Positions 20,282-30,892 of a stretch of 64,000 bases of DNA are shown one piece after another (the stretch's first letter is position 1; each line of letters starts with the position of its first letter). The notes under the pieces are model-generated. The model saw only the letters and a list, made by a program, of their open reading frames with translations, had not been told where the DNA came from and did not search any database. Made by a program: the position numbers and the translations under genes. The DNA is from an uncultured Tolumonas sp. (lineage in GTDB: Bacteria; Pseudomonadota; Gammaproteobacteria; Enterobacterales; Aeromonadaceae). The stretch lies in assembly GCF_963556105.3 (NCBI RefSeq), contig NZ_CAUVYG020000005.1, positions 79,707 through 143,706 of the forward strand. Reading direction: 5' to 3'.

Positions 20282-22009
20282 ATGTTTACAGTCGACGAAT
20301 TGCTCGCGACCCATAGTTCAAAACCGGTCCCTCGCTGGTACAAACCCTTTCTGCGCTACTTACTGTGCGAAAAAGAATTCCAACGTTTTGGCGAAAAATA
20401 TCCGAATTTGCATGGCTTGGATTTCATTGAACAAGCGCTACGTTATTTATCGTTTGCCTGTGATGTTTGTGAAAATGAATTAGAACATATTCCACCCCAA
20501 GGGCCGGTCGTGATTGTAGCGAACCATCCGATTGGTTCATTAGACGGGTTGGCTCTGCTGCAGATCATTTCCCGCGTGCGTGGTGATGTGAAAATTATCG
20601 CCAACCAGCTACTCAGTCAGATCAAACCACTGAATGAATTATTGTTGCCCGTTGACAACATGAATGGAAACACACAACGACAGCAGATCACTGCAATTAA
20701 TGAACATCTGGGGAAAGGCGGTGCACTGATCGTGTTTCCCGCCGGAGAAGTATCACGCTTAAACATTCACGGCATTTATGATGGCCGTTGGAATAATGGT
20801 TTTTTACGCTTGGCAACACAGCACCGCGCGCCGATTGTGCCGATCCATATCTCTGGGCATAACTCATGGCTGTTTTATGGCACGTCATTACTGAATAAAT
20901 CGCTGTCGACGCTGTTGCTGGTGCGCGAAATGTTCCACCAGCGTAAAGGGCATATTAAGATCCGCATTGGGGCCAAAATCCCATTCAGCGAATGGTCAAA
21001 GTTACCCGTCACCGGTAAGGCATTAGCCAAGCTGTTTCGTAAACATCTTTACCGCTTAGGCAAAGGCAAATCTGGCATTCTGACCACCGAAGCTCCCATC
21101 GCCTTAGCTGAAAATCGGGTGACACTGAAAAAAGCCGTTGAAGCTTGCCAGCCATTGGGAAATACGCCGGATGGTAAACACATTTACCTTTATCGCCGCG
21201 GACAAGCCCCCTCCTCCGTGATCTTAAAAGAACTTGGTCGCTTACGCGAAATTTCCTTTCGGGCGGTCGGTGAAGGTACCGGTTTGCGTCGTGATCTTGA
21301 TAGTTTTGATGACGATTATTACCACTTATTGCTCTGGGATAATAAAGAGCTGGAGATCGTCGGTGCTTACCGTTTTATGCCGACTAAAGAACAATTAGAA
21401 CGGAAAGGCCATAAAGGTTTATATAGTTATGGCTTATTTCATTACGACACCGCAATGAGCCATATTCTTGAGCAGGGGATAGAACTTGGCCGTAGCTTTA
21501 TTCAGCCACGTTATTGGGGAAAACGCAGCCTCGATTATTTATGGCAAGGTATCGGCGCATTTTTAGCACAGAACCCGCAATATCGCTATTTGTTCGGGCC
21601 GGTGTCGATGTCAGCCAGTTTGCCGACGCCGGCGCGTGATTTACTGGTTTCATTTTACAAACTGCATTTCAGCCCACGCTGGCCATTAGCGCGTTCACGT
21701 CAACCGTATGCGAATGGTTCACTGGATATTGCCAGTCAGTTTATCGGCGAAGATTACCAGCAAGATTTAGGCATATTAAAGTCCATGCTCGATAATCTGG
21801 GCTGCAGCATTCCCACTTTATATAAGCAATATTCCGAATTATGCGAACCCGGTGGTGTGCAATTTCTGGATTTTGGTATCGATCCAGATTTTGGTAACTG
21901 TGTTGATGGTTTGGTCTTGGTTGATGTACATAAGATGAAGCAGAACAAACGGCAACGTTATATCGATTGCCATTTGATCGATAACACAGTGACAACCGCA
22001 AGCGCGTAA
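20282..22009 (+). CDS. Bifunctional acyltransferase, PlsC-like N-domain plus GNAT C-domain (OlsF-type ornithine lipid synthase architecture)
   Basis: NHPIGSLD and FPAGEV in the N-half; LGRLREISFRAVGEG, VGAYR, IELGRSF in the C-half. ATG 20282 follows GGAG. Confidence 0.75.
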   Translation: MFTVDELLATHSSKPVPRWYKPFLRYLLCEKEFQRFGEKYPNLHGLDFIEQALRYLSFACDVCENELEHIPPQGPVVIVANHPIGSLDGLALLQIISRVRGDVKIIANQLLSQIKPLNELLLPVDNMNGNTQRQQITAINEHLGKGGALIVFPAGEVSRLNIHGIYDGRWNNGFLRLATQHRAPIVPIHISGHNSWLFYGTSLLNKSLSTLLLVREMFHQRKGHIKIRIGAKIPFSEWSKLPVTGKALAKLFRKHLYRLGKGKSGILTTEAPIALAENRVTLKKAVEACQPLGNTPDGKHIYLYRRGQAPSSVILKELGRLREISFRAVGEGTGLRRDLDSFDDDYYHLLLWDNKELEIVGAYRFMPTKEQLERKGHKGLYSYGLFHYDTAMSHILEQGIELGRSFIQPRYWGKRSLDYLWQGIGAFLAQNPQYRYLFGPVSMSASLPTPARDLLVSFYKLHFSPRWPLARSRQPYANGSLDIASQFIGEDYQQDLGILKSMLDNLGCSIPTLYKQYSELCEPGGVQFLDFGIDPDFGNCVDGLVLVDVHKMKQNKRQRYIDCHLIDNTVTTASA

Positions 22010-22025
22010 ATTAATTTGGAAAAAC

Positions 22026-22053
22026 AAAACGCCCAGCATATGCGGGGCGTTTT
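22026..22053. terminator. Bidirectional terminator
   Basis: AAAACGCCC...GGGCGTTTT between convergent genes. Confidence 0.7.
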
Positions 22054-22088
22054 ACTATCTTGATATTCGCGACACGATCATTACTAAA

Positions 22089-23054
22089 TTAGAGTTTGCA
22101 ACCCAGTTGTTGGCGTAAATAAGCCCCTGAACCTAACAACCCCGGTTGTTGATGCGTGATCAGGAAAACAGGGATGGATTCCAGATAAGAGTGGAAACGG
22201 CCCTTATCTTCGAATGCAACACGGAAACCAGACGCTTTAAAGAACTCCAGGAAACGAGGAACGATACCGCCCGCAATATAGACACCACCAAAGGTGCCCA
22301 GATTGAGTGCCAAATTACCGCCGAAACGCCCCATCAGCACGCAGAACAAGCTCAGTGCACGACGACAGTCAATATCTTCATCGGCCAATGCCCGTTCAGT
22401 AACATCTTTAGGTTGCAGGTTTTCTGGTACACGATCATCAGACAGCACTAAACCACGGTAAATATTAACTAAACCAGGGCCTGACAGCAGACGCTCAGCC
22501 GATACGTGACCCAGTTCTTCACGGAGCGCTTCCAATACCATCACTTCTTCGGTGCTATTTGGAGCAAAGTCAACGTGACCACCTTCCCCTGGTAAGCTCA
22601 TCCACGCATCACCGGTATGCACCAGATGAGCCACGCCCAAACCTGTGCCAGCACCATAGACAGCAATTGGCTTACCAGCTTGCGCCGCTTCACCACCAAA
22701 CTGGATCTTGTCTTCTGCTTTCAATGCCGGAATAGCCATGGAAATCGCGGTAAAGTCATTAATAATAGACAGATGTGTCAGACCCAGATTTTGTTGCATT
22801 TCACTTTGTGAAAATGCCCAAGTGTGGTTGGTCATAGCGACCCAGTCACCGGTGATCGGGCAGGCAATCGCGATACATGCACTACTGACTTTAACTGCCG
22901 TCTCTTCCAGATAAACGCGGATCACTGCTTCAAGAGATGGGTATTCCGCACCTGAATAGTTTTTGATGTGCGATAAACTACCATCTTGCAAACTACACAA
23001 TGCCAGACGTGCGTTAGTACCACCAACATCGCCCACCAGAACCTGCTCAGCCAT
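22089..23054 (-). CDS. glk: Glucokinase
   Basis: [38 protein letters not shown]. Confidence 0.97.
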   Translation of the reverse strand: MAEQVLVGDVGGTNARLALCSLQDGSLSHIKNYSGAEYPSLEAVIRVYLEETAVKVSSACIAIACPITGDWVAMTNHTWAFSQSEMQQNLGLTHLSIINDFTAISMAIPALKAEDKIQFGGEAAQAGKPIAVYGAGTGLGVAHLVHTGDAWMSLPGEGGHVDFAPNSTEEVMVLEALREELGHVSAERLLSGPGLVNIYRGLVLSDDRVPENLQPKDVTERALADEDIDCRRALSLFCVLMGRFGGNLALNLGTFGGVYIAGGIVPRFLEFFKASGFRVAFEDKGRFHSYLESIPVFLITHQQPGLLGSGAYLRQQLGCKL

Positions 23055-23296
23055 TATAATCTCCCCAAAAGTCGCTTATGTTGGAATATCCATATAGTTA
23101 CAATAGTTTACTTTTACGAATCAGAAGTCTACATATTGTCAGAAATAGAAAACGCCAAATAGATCACAGCATCTGTGATTTGATCAACAAATGTTGTTTT
23201 TTTCCTACATTTTGCTGTCTATGCTAACTTTATCTGTTACCTTTAACATTAATAACAACTAACCAACACTATTCGCTGCGAGCTGGATCACTAAGC

Positions 23297-24148
23297 ATGA
23301 ATACACTGGAAAAAATCACTAAACATCTGGAACATTTCAGTAAATCAGAGCGCAAAGTCGCCGAAGTGATTCTGCATTCGCCGCAAGTGGCGATTCACTC
23401 CAGTATTGCTACACTCGCTAAAATGGCTGATGTCAGTGAACCAACAGTAAACCGGTTTTGTCGTCGTCTCGACACAAAAGGTTTCCCCGATTTCAAGCTG
23501 CACTTGGCCCAGAGCCTCGCTAATGGCACACCTTATGTAAATCTGCATGTCGAAGAAAATGACACGCCAGATGAATACACCACCAAGATTTTTGAATCGA
23601 CCATCGCTTGTCTGGAAGTTGCCAAAAACAGTCTGGATACAACTGCGGTTAACCGCTGTGTTGATTTACTCACACAAGCCAAAAAAATCTCGTTCTTCGG
23701 TTTGGGCGCTTCGTCAGCGGTTGCCCATGACGCCTTGAATAAATTCTTCCGTTTCAACATTCCAGTTGTTTGTTTTGATGACATCGTCATGATGCGAATG
23801 AGCTGTATTAATAGCAGTGACGGAGATGTTGTTGTGGTGATCTCGCATACCGGTCGCACCAAAGCACTTGTTGAGATTGCCGCATTAGCGCGCCACAATG
23901 ATGCAACTGTGATTGGTATTACAGCACAGGATTCCCCTCTTGCAGCCCAATGCAATCTGGTGTTATCGATGGATGTGCCGGAAGATACTGATGTTTATTT
24001 ACCAATGGCATCACGTATCGCACAACTGGCATTAATTGACGTATTAGCGACCGGATTTACATTACGCCGAGGCGTAAAATTCCGCGAAAATTTGAAGAAG
24101 GTCAAAGAAGGGATAAAAGATTCTCGCTTTGAATCACTGCATCAGTGA
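23297..24148 (+). CDS. hexR: RpiR family regulator HexR
   Basis: SEPTVNRFCRRL HTH plus SIS domain (SHTGRT, PMASRIAQL); lies upstream of pyk as in other gammaproteobacteria. Confidence 0.92.
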   Translation: MNTLEKITKHLEHFSKSERKVAEVILHSPQVAIHSSIATLAKMADVSEPTVNRFCRRLDTKGFPDFKLHLAQSLANGTPYVNLHVEENDTPDEYTTKIFESTIACLEVAKNSLDTTAVNRCVDLLTQAKKISFFGLGASSAVAHDALNKFFRFNIPVVCFDDIVMMRMSCINSSDGDVVVVISHTGRTKALVEIAALARHNDATVIGITAQDSPLAAQCNLVLSMDVPEDTDVYLPMASRIAQLALIDVLATGFTLRRGVKFRENLKKVKEGIKDSRFESLHQ

Positions 24149-24230
24149 AATCATTTCCCATATCCCGCATCATGCCCCCATTGTGTATCGAAATGTGTCG
24201 TTTCGTATCATCGAAATGACACAACCGACC

Positions 24231-24245
24231 TGTAATGTTCCTACA
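24231..24245. promoter_or_regulatory. HexR operator upstream of pykA
   Basis: TGTAA-TGTTC-CTACA matches the TGTAR-N5-YTACA HexR consensus exactly. Confidence 0.65.
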
Positions 24246-24340
24246 ACTTACATTCTCGCACATTTATTGCAGGTCACTTTTTTCATATCAATTTCCGTTT
24301 TCTGTTATTTGCTATTTATAACTAACTCATGGAGCTGAAG

Positions 24341-25780
24341 ATGTTAAGAAGAACTAAAATCGTGACCACACTCGGTCCGGCAACTGATCGCGAAGGCGTT
24401 CTGGAAGGGATTTTGGAAGCCGGTGCCAACATGGTACGCATGAACTTTTCTCACGGCACAGCGGAAGATCATATTGCCCGCGCGAAGCATATTCGTGAAC
24501 TGGCGGCTCGTTTAGGTAAATCCATTGCAATTCTGGGCGACCTGCAAGGCCCTAAAATTCGTGTGTCTACATTCAAAGACAACAAGATTATGTTGAAAGT
24601 GGGTGACAAATTCCTGCTGGATGCCGAGCTGGGTAAAGGTGAAGGTACACAGGAACAAGTCGGTATCGACTACAAGAAACTGCCGGAAGATGTGATCAGC
24701 GGTGATATTCTGTTACTGGATGATGGCCGTGTGCAGTTGAAAGTAGACAGCGTTGATGGCAGCAAAATTTTCACTACCGTGACTGTGGGTGGCCCACTGT
24801 CTAACAACAAAGGGATCAACAAAAAAGGCGGCGGTCTGTCTGCCCCTGCGTTGACTGAAAAAGACAAAGCTGACATCAAAACTGCCGCATTGATGCAAGT
24901 TGACTATCTGGCTGTTTCTTTCCCACGTAACGGTGCGGATCTGAACTATGCACGTGAACTGGCCCGTGAAGCAGGTTGTAACGCTAAGATCGTGGCTAAA
25001 GTTGAACGTGCAGAAACAGTTGCTACTGACGAAGCGATGGAAGACATCATTCTGGCTTCTGACGTGGTGATGGTTGCTCGTGGTGACTTGGGTGTGGAAA
25101 TCGGCGACTCTGAGCTGATGGGTGTGCAGAAAAAACTGATCCGCAGTGCCCGTAAGCTGAATCGTGTTGTTATTACAGCAACCCAGATGATGGAATCGAT
25201 GATCAAAGCACCGATGCCAACACGTGCCGAAGTCATGGACGTTGCCAACGCAGTATTAGATGGTACTGACGCCGTCATGCTGTCAGCTGAAACTGCTGCA
25301 GGCGATTTCCCAATTGAAACTGTAACGGCAATGGCTAACGTATGTCTGGGTGCAGAAAAACACCCAAGCGTTAACGTGTCTAATCACCGTATGACTTATA
25401 CATTCAGTTCGGTTGAAGAAACTATCGCAATGAGCACCATGTATGCAGCTAACCACATGCAGGGTGTTAAAGGTATTGTCGCGATGACCGAATCAGGCAC
25501 CACCCCACTGCTGATGTCACGCTTAAGCTCTGGTCTGCCAATTTTTGCTCTGTCTCGTCATCAACAAACATTGAACTGGTGTTCTCTGTATCGTGGCGTA
25601 ACGCCAGTTTATTTCGATGCGGATGAATCACAACCAGTGATCCAGAATTGCCGTGACGCAATTTCCGAGCTGAAAAGCCGCGGTTATCTGAAAGCTGGCG
25701 ATCTGATCTTGATCACTTACGGCGACAAAATTGAAAGTATTGGCGGTACAAATACTTGTAAGATGATGATTGTAGAATAA
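24341..25780 (+). CDS. pykA: Pyruvate kinase II
   Basis: [44 protein letters not shown]. Start follows GGAG. Confidence 0.96.
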   Translation: MLRRTKIVTTLGPATDREGVLEGILEAGANMVRMNFSHGTAEDHIARAKHIRELAARLGKSIAILGDLQGPKIRVSTFKDNKIMLKVGDKFLLDAELGKGEGTQEQVGIDYKKLPEDVISGDILLLDDGRVQLKVDSVDGSKIFTTVTVGGPLSNNKGINKKGGGLSAPALTEKDKADIKTAALMQVDYLAVSFPRNGADLNYARELAREAGCNAKIVAKVERAETVATDEAMEDIILASDVVMVARGDLGVEIGDSELMGVQKKLIRSARKLNRVVITATQMMESMIKAPMPTRAEVMDVANAVLDGTDAVMLSAETAAGDFPIETVTAMANVCLGAEKHPSVNVSNHRMTYTFSSVEETIAMSTMYAANHMQGVKGIVAMTESGTTPLLMSRLSSGLPIFALSRHQQTLNWCSLYRGVTPVYFDADESQPVIQNCRDAISELKSRGYLKAGDLILITYGDKIESIGGTNTCKMMIVE

Positions 25781-25797
25781 TTTCTACAATGCGGAAC

Positions 25798-25823
25798 AAC
25801 GCCGGCACTTGCCGGCGTTTTTT
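25798..25823 (+). terminator. Terminator after pykA, abutting the HD-GYP stop
   Basis: AACGCCGGCA/TGCCGGCGTT plus T run. Confidence 0.75.
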
Positions 25824-27079
25824 TATACCGTTTGAATAATTCGCTGATAAGTTACACTCGCCTTCTGTTGAGCAAGAAACCTGACTTCATCAATTTCAAT
25901 GAGATGTTGGCATAACAATCGATAAACTGTATCAGTGTCTTTTGGTTTTAACATTCCCACTAGCGCCTCCATCGCCTCACTCAGTGGCATTGATTTACGA
26001 TAAGGGCGATCTTCTCTCAGCGCAGTAAATACATCGGCATAAGTTATGATCCGCGCTTCTTCTGAAAGTGAGCGACCATCTAAGCCAAATGGATAACCGG
26101 AACCGTCTGTTTTTTCATGATGATTACTGGCCCAGGCACAAATATCAGCCAGTACATTTAATTCACTCAAGATTGAATTAGTATAAAAAGCATGTGCTTT
26201 CATGCGGTTAAATTCTTTTGCCGTTAATTTATCCGGTTTGTTTAGAATTTCGCTCGGCACCGCGATTTTGCCAATATCATGTAAATAACCCGCAACCCGT
26301 AATTTACGGCTTTTTTCCTCTGAAAATGGTTTTAGTTTTGCTAATTCATAAGCAACCGCAGCCACCCCTGCAGAGTGTGTAGAGGTAAATTGACTTCGGA
26401 AATCGATCACATGAGAAAAGGTAAGAGCTAAAGACTCCAATACATTAATATCGACATGAATAGGTGGTTCATAGGCCAAAGTACGGTGCAATAATGTTTC
26501 CATTGCACAACCGTCTAGCCGTAGCCAAAAAGCATCATGTAATGATGCCCGCAGAAATGCCTCAACCAATTCTGGTTTAAACACTAAACCAGATAAAGCC
26601 TGGGTAACGTCTCTAATTCTTTCGGTCTGATCTAAAATCCAAACATTAGGATCAATAGAAATATCAATGCGATCTGCCAGATGTAATAGGAAACTTTCTT
26701 CTGGAACAATGTCATCGCCAACCAAAACACCGTCGCCGTTGTGCCAATAATGATGATGAAAACGGATCACGGGAACGATATCGGCAAAATAGGCGAAATC
26801 ACACAACATGCCAGCCCCTAATGCGGCATGAGGATGATCTTCTTCGACATCCATTTGCAACAATTCTGCTTTTTCAGAAGAAGAAACGGCACCGATATCA
26901 TGTAACACTGCGGCTAATATCAATCGGCGTTTCTGTTCCGCATTCCATCCTGCTTCATCGGCAATCGCTTCAGCTAATATTGCTACTCGGAGATGATGTT
27001 GATGGACAAACGAACTGACCATATCAATCGAATGTGCCAGTGAAATGATAATGTCTTGAAGCTTAAGTTCTGGGTGCAT
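25823..27079 (-). CDS. Tandem HD / HD-GYP cyclic-dinucleotide phosphodiesterase
   Basis: N-domain has LHDIG and HHHYW but no GYP. C-domain has LHDIGKI, HHEKTDGSGYP and DRPYR. Confidence 0.88.
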   Translation of the reverse strand: MHPELKLQDIIISLAHSIDMVSSFVHQHHLRVAILAEAIADEAGWNAEQKRRLILAAVLHDIGAVSSSEKAELLQMDVEEDHPHAALGAGMLCDFAYFADIVPVIRFHHHYWHNGDGVLVGDDIVPEESFLLHLADRIDISIDPNVWILDQTERIRDVTQALSGLVFKPELVEAFLRASLHDAFWLRLDGCAMETLLHRTLAYEPPIHVDINVLESLALTFSHVIDFRSQFTSTHSAGVAAVAYELAKLKPFSEEKSRKLRVAGYLHDIGKIAVPSEILNKPDKLTAKEFNRMKAHAFYTNSILSELNVLADICAWASNHHEKTDGSGYPFGLDGRSLSEEARIITYADVFTALREDRPYRKSMPLSEAMEALVGMLKPKDTDTVYRLLCQHLIEIDEVRFLAQQKASVTYQRIIQTV

Positions 27080-27289
27080 GGCAACCCTCTCTTATTGTCG
27101 GACGTCAATCAAACTCAAGAACTAGCGGTAGCTATTGAAACTATAGTAATCCAAAGCAAAGTCCATTCAATATTTGTGGTTTATTTTATGCTCATGAGGC
27201 GGTTAAAAAAGCGAATGGTCAAAACGGATATGCAGAAAAGCGGATGATTAAAGTGAAGTTCAATTCATTTCATTAAACGTGTGACTGCT

Positions 27290-28585
27290 TTACGCGATAC
27301 AAACCCTATTGCGTCCAGCGTGTTTAGCGCAGTACAGCGCTTCATCCGCCTGACTAAGCAGAGCGTAGAGATTGTAATCAGAGGAAGTTGGCGTACTGAT
27401 GCCTATTGATATGGTAAATCGCATAATTACTTCGCCGTTATGCAGTGGGATCTCGGCCATTTCGACGGAACTTCTAAGACGTTCGGCAACTACCGCCGCA
27501 CATTCCTGGCCTGTTTCTGGCAGAAAAATAGCAAACTCTTCCCCACCAATACGCCCTTCAATATCAGCAACACGTAGCGTTTTTTGAAAGATATCGGCCA
27601 GCGTAATCAACACCTGATCGCCAGATTTATGGCCATAGGTGTCGTTTATAATTTTGAAGTTATCGATATCGATCATTAAGATCGAGAAGTTATGGCCATA
27701 ACGTGAAGCTTTTTTTATTTCTCGTTCAGCCAACTCCATGAAATAACCACGATTATTTAATCCGGTCAGATAATCTTGCCGGGCCTGTAATTCCAGTTTT
27801 GTCAGTAACGCTTTGCGTTCCGTCATATCGCGGCTGATTTCCATGATCGCAACAGGCCGATCATTTTCATCCCGTTTTACGGCCCAGCGGCTGGCAACGA
27901 CAATGCGGGCACCATTTTTGGTGACATGTTCTAATTCGCCTTCCCATTGCCCAGTGCGAAATAAAATATCTTCGATTTCTGCCAGCGGTTGTGGAAACTG
28001 GGTCTCTAGCAGTTGATGCATATCTTGGTCTCGAACATCCTCCTGTGACCAACCATAAGTGCGCTCCGCACCCTGATTCCAAAAGGTCACAAAATGATTC
28101 ATATCGCGAACAATAATGGCGTCATGAGCCAAATCGAGTAATTCCGCTTGTTCAATGACCTGTCTTTCTGCTTTTTTTCGTTCAGTAATATCAGTATGCG
28201 TACCTGACATCATGAGTGGTGAACCATCCTCAGCCCAGCTAACCACCTTGCCATGCGTAAGAACGTATTTCCATTCACCTGATTTGGTTCGGATTCGCAA
28301 CTCGACCTGATGACAGGGAATTTTTCCGGCTAAATGCAAATTGATCGACTCTATCGCTTTTGCCAAGTCATCGGGATGAACATGTGTAGCCCAGTTATCA
28401 ATGGTGAAATCACCTTCACCGGGTTCATAGCATAACATTGTCTCAAAACGGTCACTGACGATGAACTGCCGACTAGGTAGCTTCCAGTCCCAGAAGCCTT
28501 GCTCAGACCCTTCTAAAACACGTTTAAGGCGTGCTTCACTTTCTTGCAACGTTAATGGTTCTTCGCCCATTTTTTTATTTTTCAT
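27290..28585 (-). CDS. PAS-PAS diguanylate cyclase
   Basis: PAS motifs (GFWDW, VHPDD, WNQGAE), DYLTGLNNR, GGEEF, and I-site RVAD. Confidence 0.9.
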   Translation of the reverse strand: MKNKKMGEEPLTLQESEARLKRVLEGSEQGFWDWKLPSRQFIVSDRFETMLCYEPGEGDFTIDNWATHVHPDDLAKAIESINLHLAGKIPCHQVELRIRTKSGEWKYVLTHGKVVSWAEDGSPLMMSGTHTDITERKKAERQVIEQAELLDLAHDAIIVRDMNHFVTFWNQGAERTYGWSQEDVRDQDMHQLLETQFPQPLAEIEDILFRTGQWEGELEHVTKNGARIVVASRWAVKRDENDRPVAIMEISRDMTERKALLTKLELQARQDYLTGLNNRGYFMELAEREIKKASRYGHNFSILMIDIDNFKIINDTYGHKSGDQVLITLADIFQKTLRVADIEGRIGGEEFAIFLPETGQECAAVVAERLRSSVEMAEIPLHNGEVIMRFTISIGISTPTSSDYNLYALLSQADEALYCAKHAGRNRVCIA

Positions 28586-30711
28586 ATCACTAACTCGGTG
28601 GTTATCACTTGGGCGATTAATTGTTCTTGTAACTGTTCGATCGGCAATGGGCGACCGAACAAATATCCTTGATAAGCGTGGCAGCCTAAACTCGCCAGCA
28701 ACACGCGTTGTATTTCAGTTTCCACGCCTTCCGCAATCACCGATAACCCCATCGTCTGACTGAGATCGATAATCGTCTGGGCTATTGCAGCGCTATTCGG
28801 GTCATCCAATAGATCCCGAACGAACGAGCGATCAATTTTTAGCTGATCTAAGGGTAGCCGGCGCAAATAAGCGAGCGATGAATAACCCGTACCAAAATCA
28901 TCAAGCGAAAAACCAACGCCATGCGCTTTGAGTGCTGACATTTTGGCAATGACTTCATCCACTTTCTCGACTAACAGACTTTCGGTCAACTCCAGTTTCA
29001 ATTGTTGCGCGTTAGCACCCGTTTTATGCAAAATTTCCAGCACTTGTTCAACAAAATCAGCGCAGTTGAACTGAACAGGGCTGACATTCACCGATAATGT
29101 CAGTGCTGCACTTTCAGGTTTTAATGCCCAATCTGCCAGTTGAGAACAGGCGGTTTCCAACACCCAGAACCCCAGAGGTTTGATCAAACCCGATTCTTCT
29201 GCCACAGGAATAAATTCGACTGGTGAAACAAGCCCAACGCCAGGGCGCTCCCATCTGACTAACGCTTCAGCACCGGTAATGTGCCCTTCATGATTAACCT
29301 GAGGTTGGTAATACAACCGGAACTGCTGCTCACGTAATGCCTCTTGCAAACCATTTAACAATTCAGCACGTAATGTGACGGCTTTTTGCATTTCCAGATC
29401 AAAAAATCGCAGCGAATTCCGACCTGATGACTTTGCTTCATACATCGCTAAATCGGCTTGTTTCAGTAATTCATCAACATTAGCCTGCCGGGAAAATAAT
29501 GTAATGCCGATACTCACGCTGCCCAGATATTTATGATTATCAATTTGATAAATCTGATTCAACGCCTCCAATATTTTCCGGCCTGCCGCTTCGGCTTGGG
29601 TGGCTGCTTCCGGCTGACTCTGAGAAAGATCTTCCAGCATCACCAGAAATTCATCCCCGCCTAAGCGCGCGACGGTATCATTTTTTCGGATACAGGCAGT
29701 TAAGCGCTCCGCCACCTGTTGCAACAGTCGGTCACCGATATCATGGCCTAACGTGTCATTGAGCGTTTTGAAATTATCTAAATCAATAAACAGTAAAGCG
29801 CCCACGCTTTGATTGCGGGCACTAGCAGCAATGGCTTGCTGTAATCGATCGAGTAATAAGCGACGATTGGGTAATCGGGTCAGCGGGTCATAGAACGCCA
29901 GATGCATGATCTGTGCTTCGGCATCTTTACGCTGCGTGATATCAATTTGGGAACAGACGTAGTGGGTAATTTCTCCTTTTTCATCCCGTACTGCAGTTAT
30001 AGTGATCCAATTAGCATAGACCTCACCACTCTTTCGTCTATTCCATATCTCACCTTGCCAAAAGCCGCTATCCAGTAAACTCTGCCACATCGCTTCATAA
30101 TACGCAGCCGGATGATAATCAGAACGAATGAGCCTTGGTGTCTGCCCTACGGCTTCTTCCGCTGAGTACCCCGTCGTCAACGTGAATGCCTGATTAACGC
30201 GCAGAATGACGCCCTGCGCATCGGTAATAAACATACCTTGCTGGGATTCAAAAGCTGCAGCTGCAATACGTAATTCCGCTTCAGCACGAACAAGGCTGCT
30301 CATATCCGCATCCATACAAAACAGTACGGGCGGATGATTGGGGATTGCAATAACAGTGTGACTGGAATGCACATGAACGGCATGCCCATTCTTGTGTCTC
30401 AATTCTAAGCGACCAGCGGGAATACCCTGCCCTGATTCAAACATCCAGCTCACAGCGCCTTCAACTTCCTGTCGAATATCTGCCGGAATGATGAGATCTA
30501 ACAGATTGCCGCCCAGCGCTTCTTCAGCGGTATAACCGTAAATTTTTTCTGATGCTTGGTTCCAGTAAACCACCGTGCCGTTTGGCAAATATCCTTGAAT
30601 GGACATGGCATCGGCTTCGTCGAATAGCTTTTTGAAACGAGCTTCGCTGACTTCTCTGGAATGTTTTTCATCCCGAAATGCAGAATAAGGTGTTATTTCC
30701 GCCATATACAC
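28582..30711 (-). CDS. PAS-PAS-GGDEF-EAL protein, both active-site motif sets intact
   Basis: RKND I-site with GGDEF; [27 protein letters not shown] overlap with the downstream gene. Confidence 0.92.
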   Translation of the reverse strand: MYMAEITPYSAFRDEKHSREVSEARFKKLFDEADAMSIQGYLPNGTVVYWNQASEKIYGYTAEEALGGNLLDLIIPADIRQEVEGAVSWMFESGQGIPAGRLELRHKNGHAVHVHSSHTVIAIPNHPPVLFCMDADMSSLVRAEAELRIAAAAFESQQGMFITDAQGVILRVNQAFTLTTGYSAEEAVGQTPRLIRSDYHPAAYYEAMWQSLLDSGFWQGEIWNRRKSGEVYANWITITAVRDEKGEITHYVCSQIDITQRKDAEAQIMHLAFYDPLTRLPNRRLLLDRLQQAIAASARNQSVGALLFIDLDNFKTLNDTLGHDIGDRLLQQVAERLTACIRKNDTVARLGGDEFLVMLEDLSQSQPEAATQAEAAGRKILEALNQIYQIDNHKYLGSVSIGITLFSRQANVDELLKQADLAMYEAKSSGRNSLRFFDLEMQKAVTLRAELLNGLQEALREQQFRLYYQPQVNHEGHITGAEALVRWERPGVGLVSPVEFIPVAEESGLIKPLGFWVLETACSQLADWALKPESAALTLSVNVSPVQFNCADFVEQVLEILHKTGANAQQLKLELTESLLVEKVDEVIAKMSALKAHGVGFSLDDFGTGYSSLAYLRRLPLDQLKIDRSFVRDLLDDPNSAAIAQTIIDLSQTMGLSVIAEGVETEIQRVLLASLGCHAYQGYLFGRPLPIEQLQEQLIAQVITTELVI

Positions 30712-30892
30712 TCTGCCATGTTTGTTTTAATCGATAGAAAACCTAGTCCGATAACAACAGACATGATCTATTTATATATTAGGAATGTGATTTTTTCCTC
30801 TCTACTTGAGCGCGGTGTGAGCAACTTACTGAAGTAATTGTATTGTGACGGTATTCAGCAATCACAGCGGCTTTTTCTGCCTGAAATGCTAG

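Noticed and set aside
23055-23296. HexR, CRP or FNR sites in the glk-hexR gap
   Set aside because: Only half-sites (TTACA, CTACA, TGTGA) without correctly spaced partners.
27207-27245. Three imperfect direct repeats AAAA(G)CG(G/A)AT upstream of the HD-GYP gene
   Set aside because: Irregular spacing (13 and 16 bp) in AT-rich DNA; too short to distinguish from chance, and not a CRISPR.
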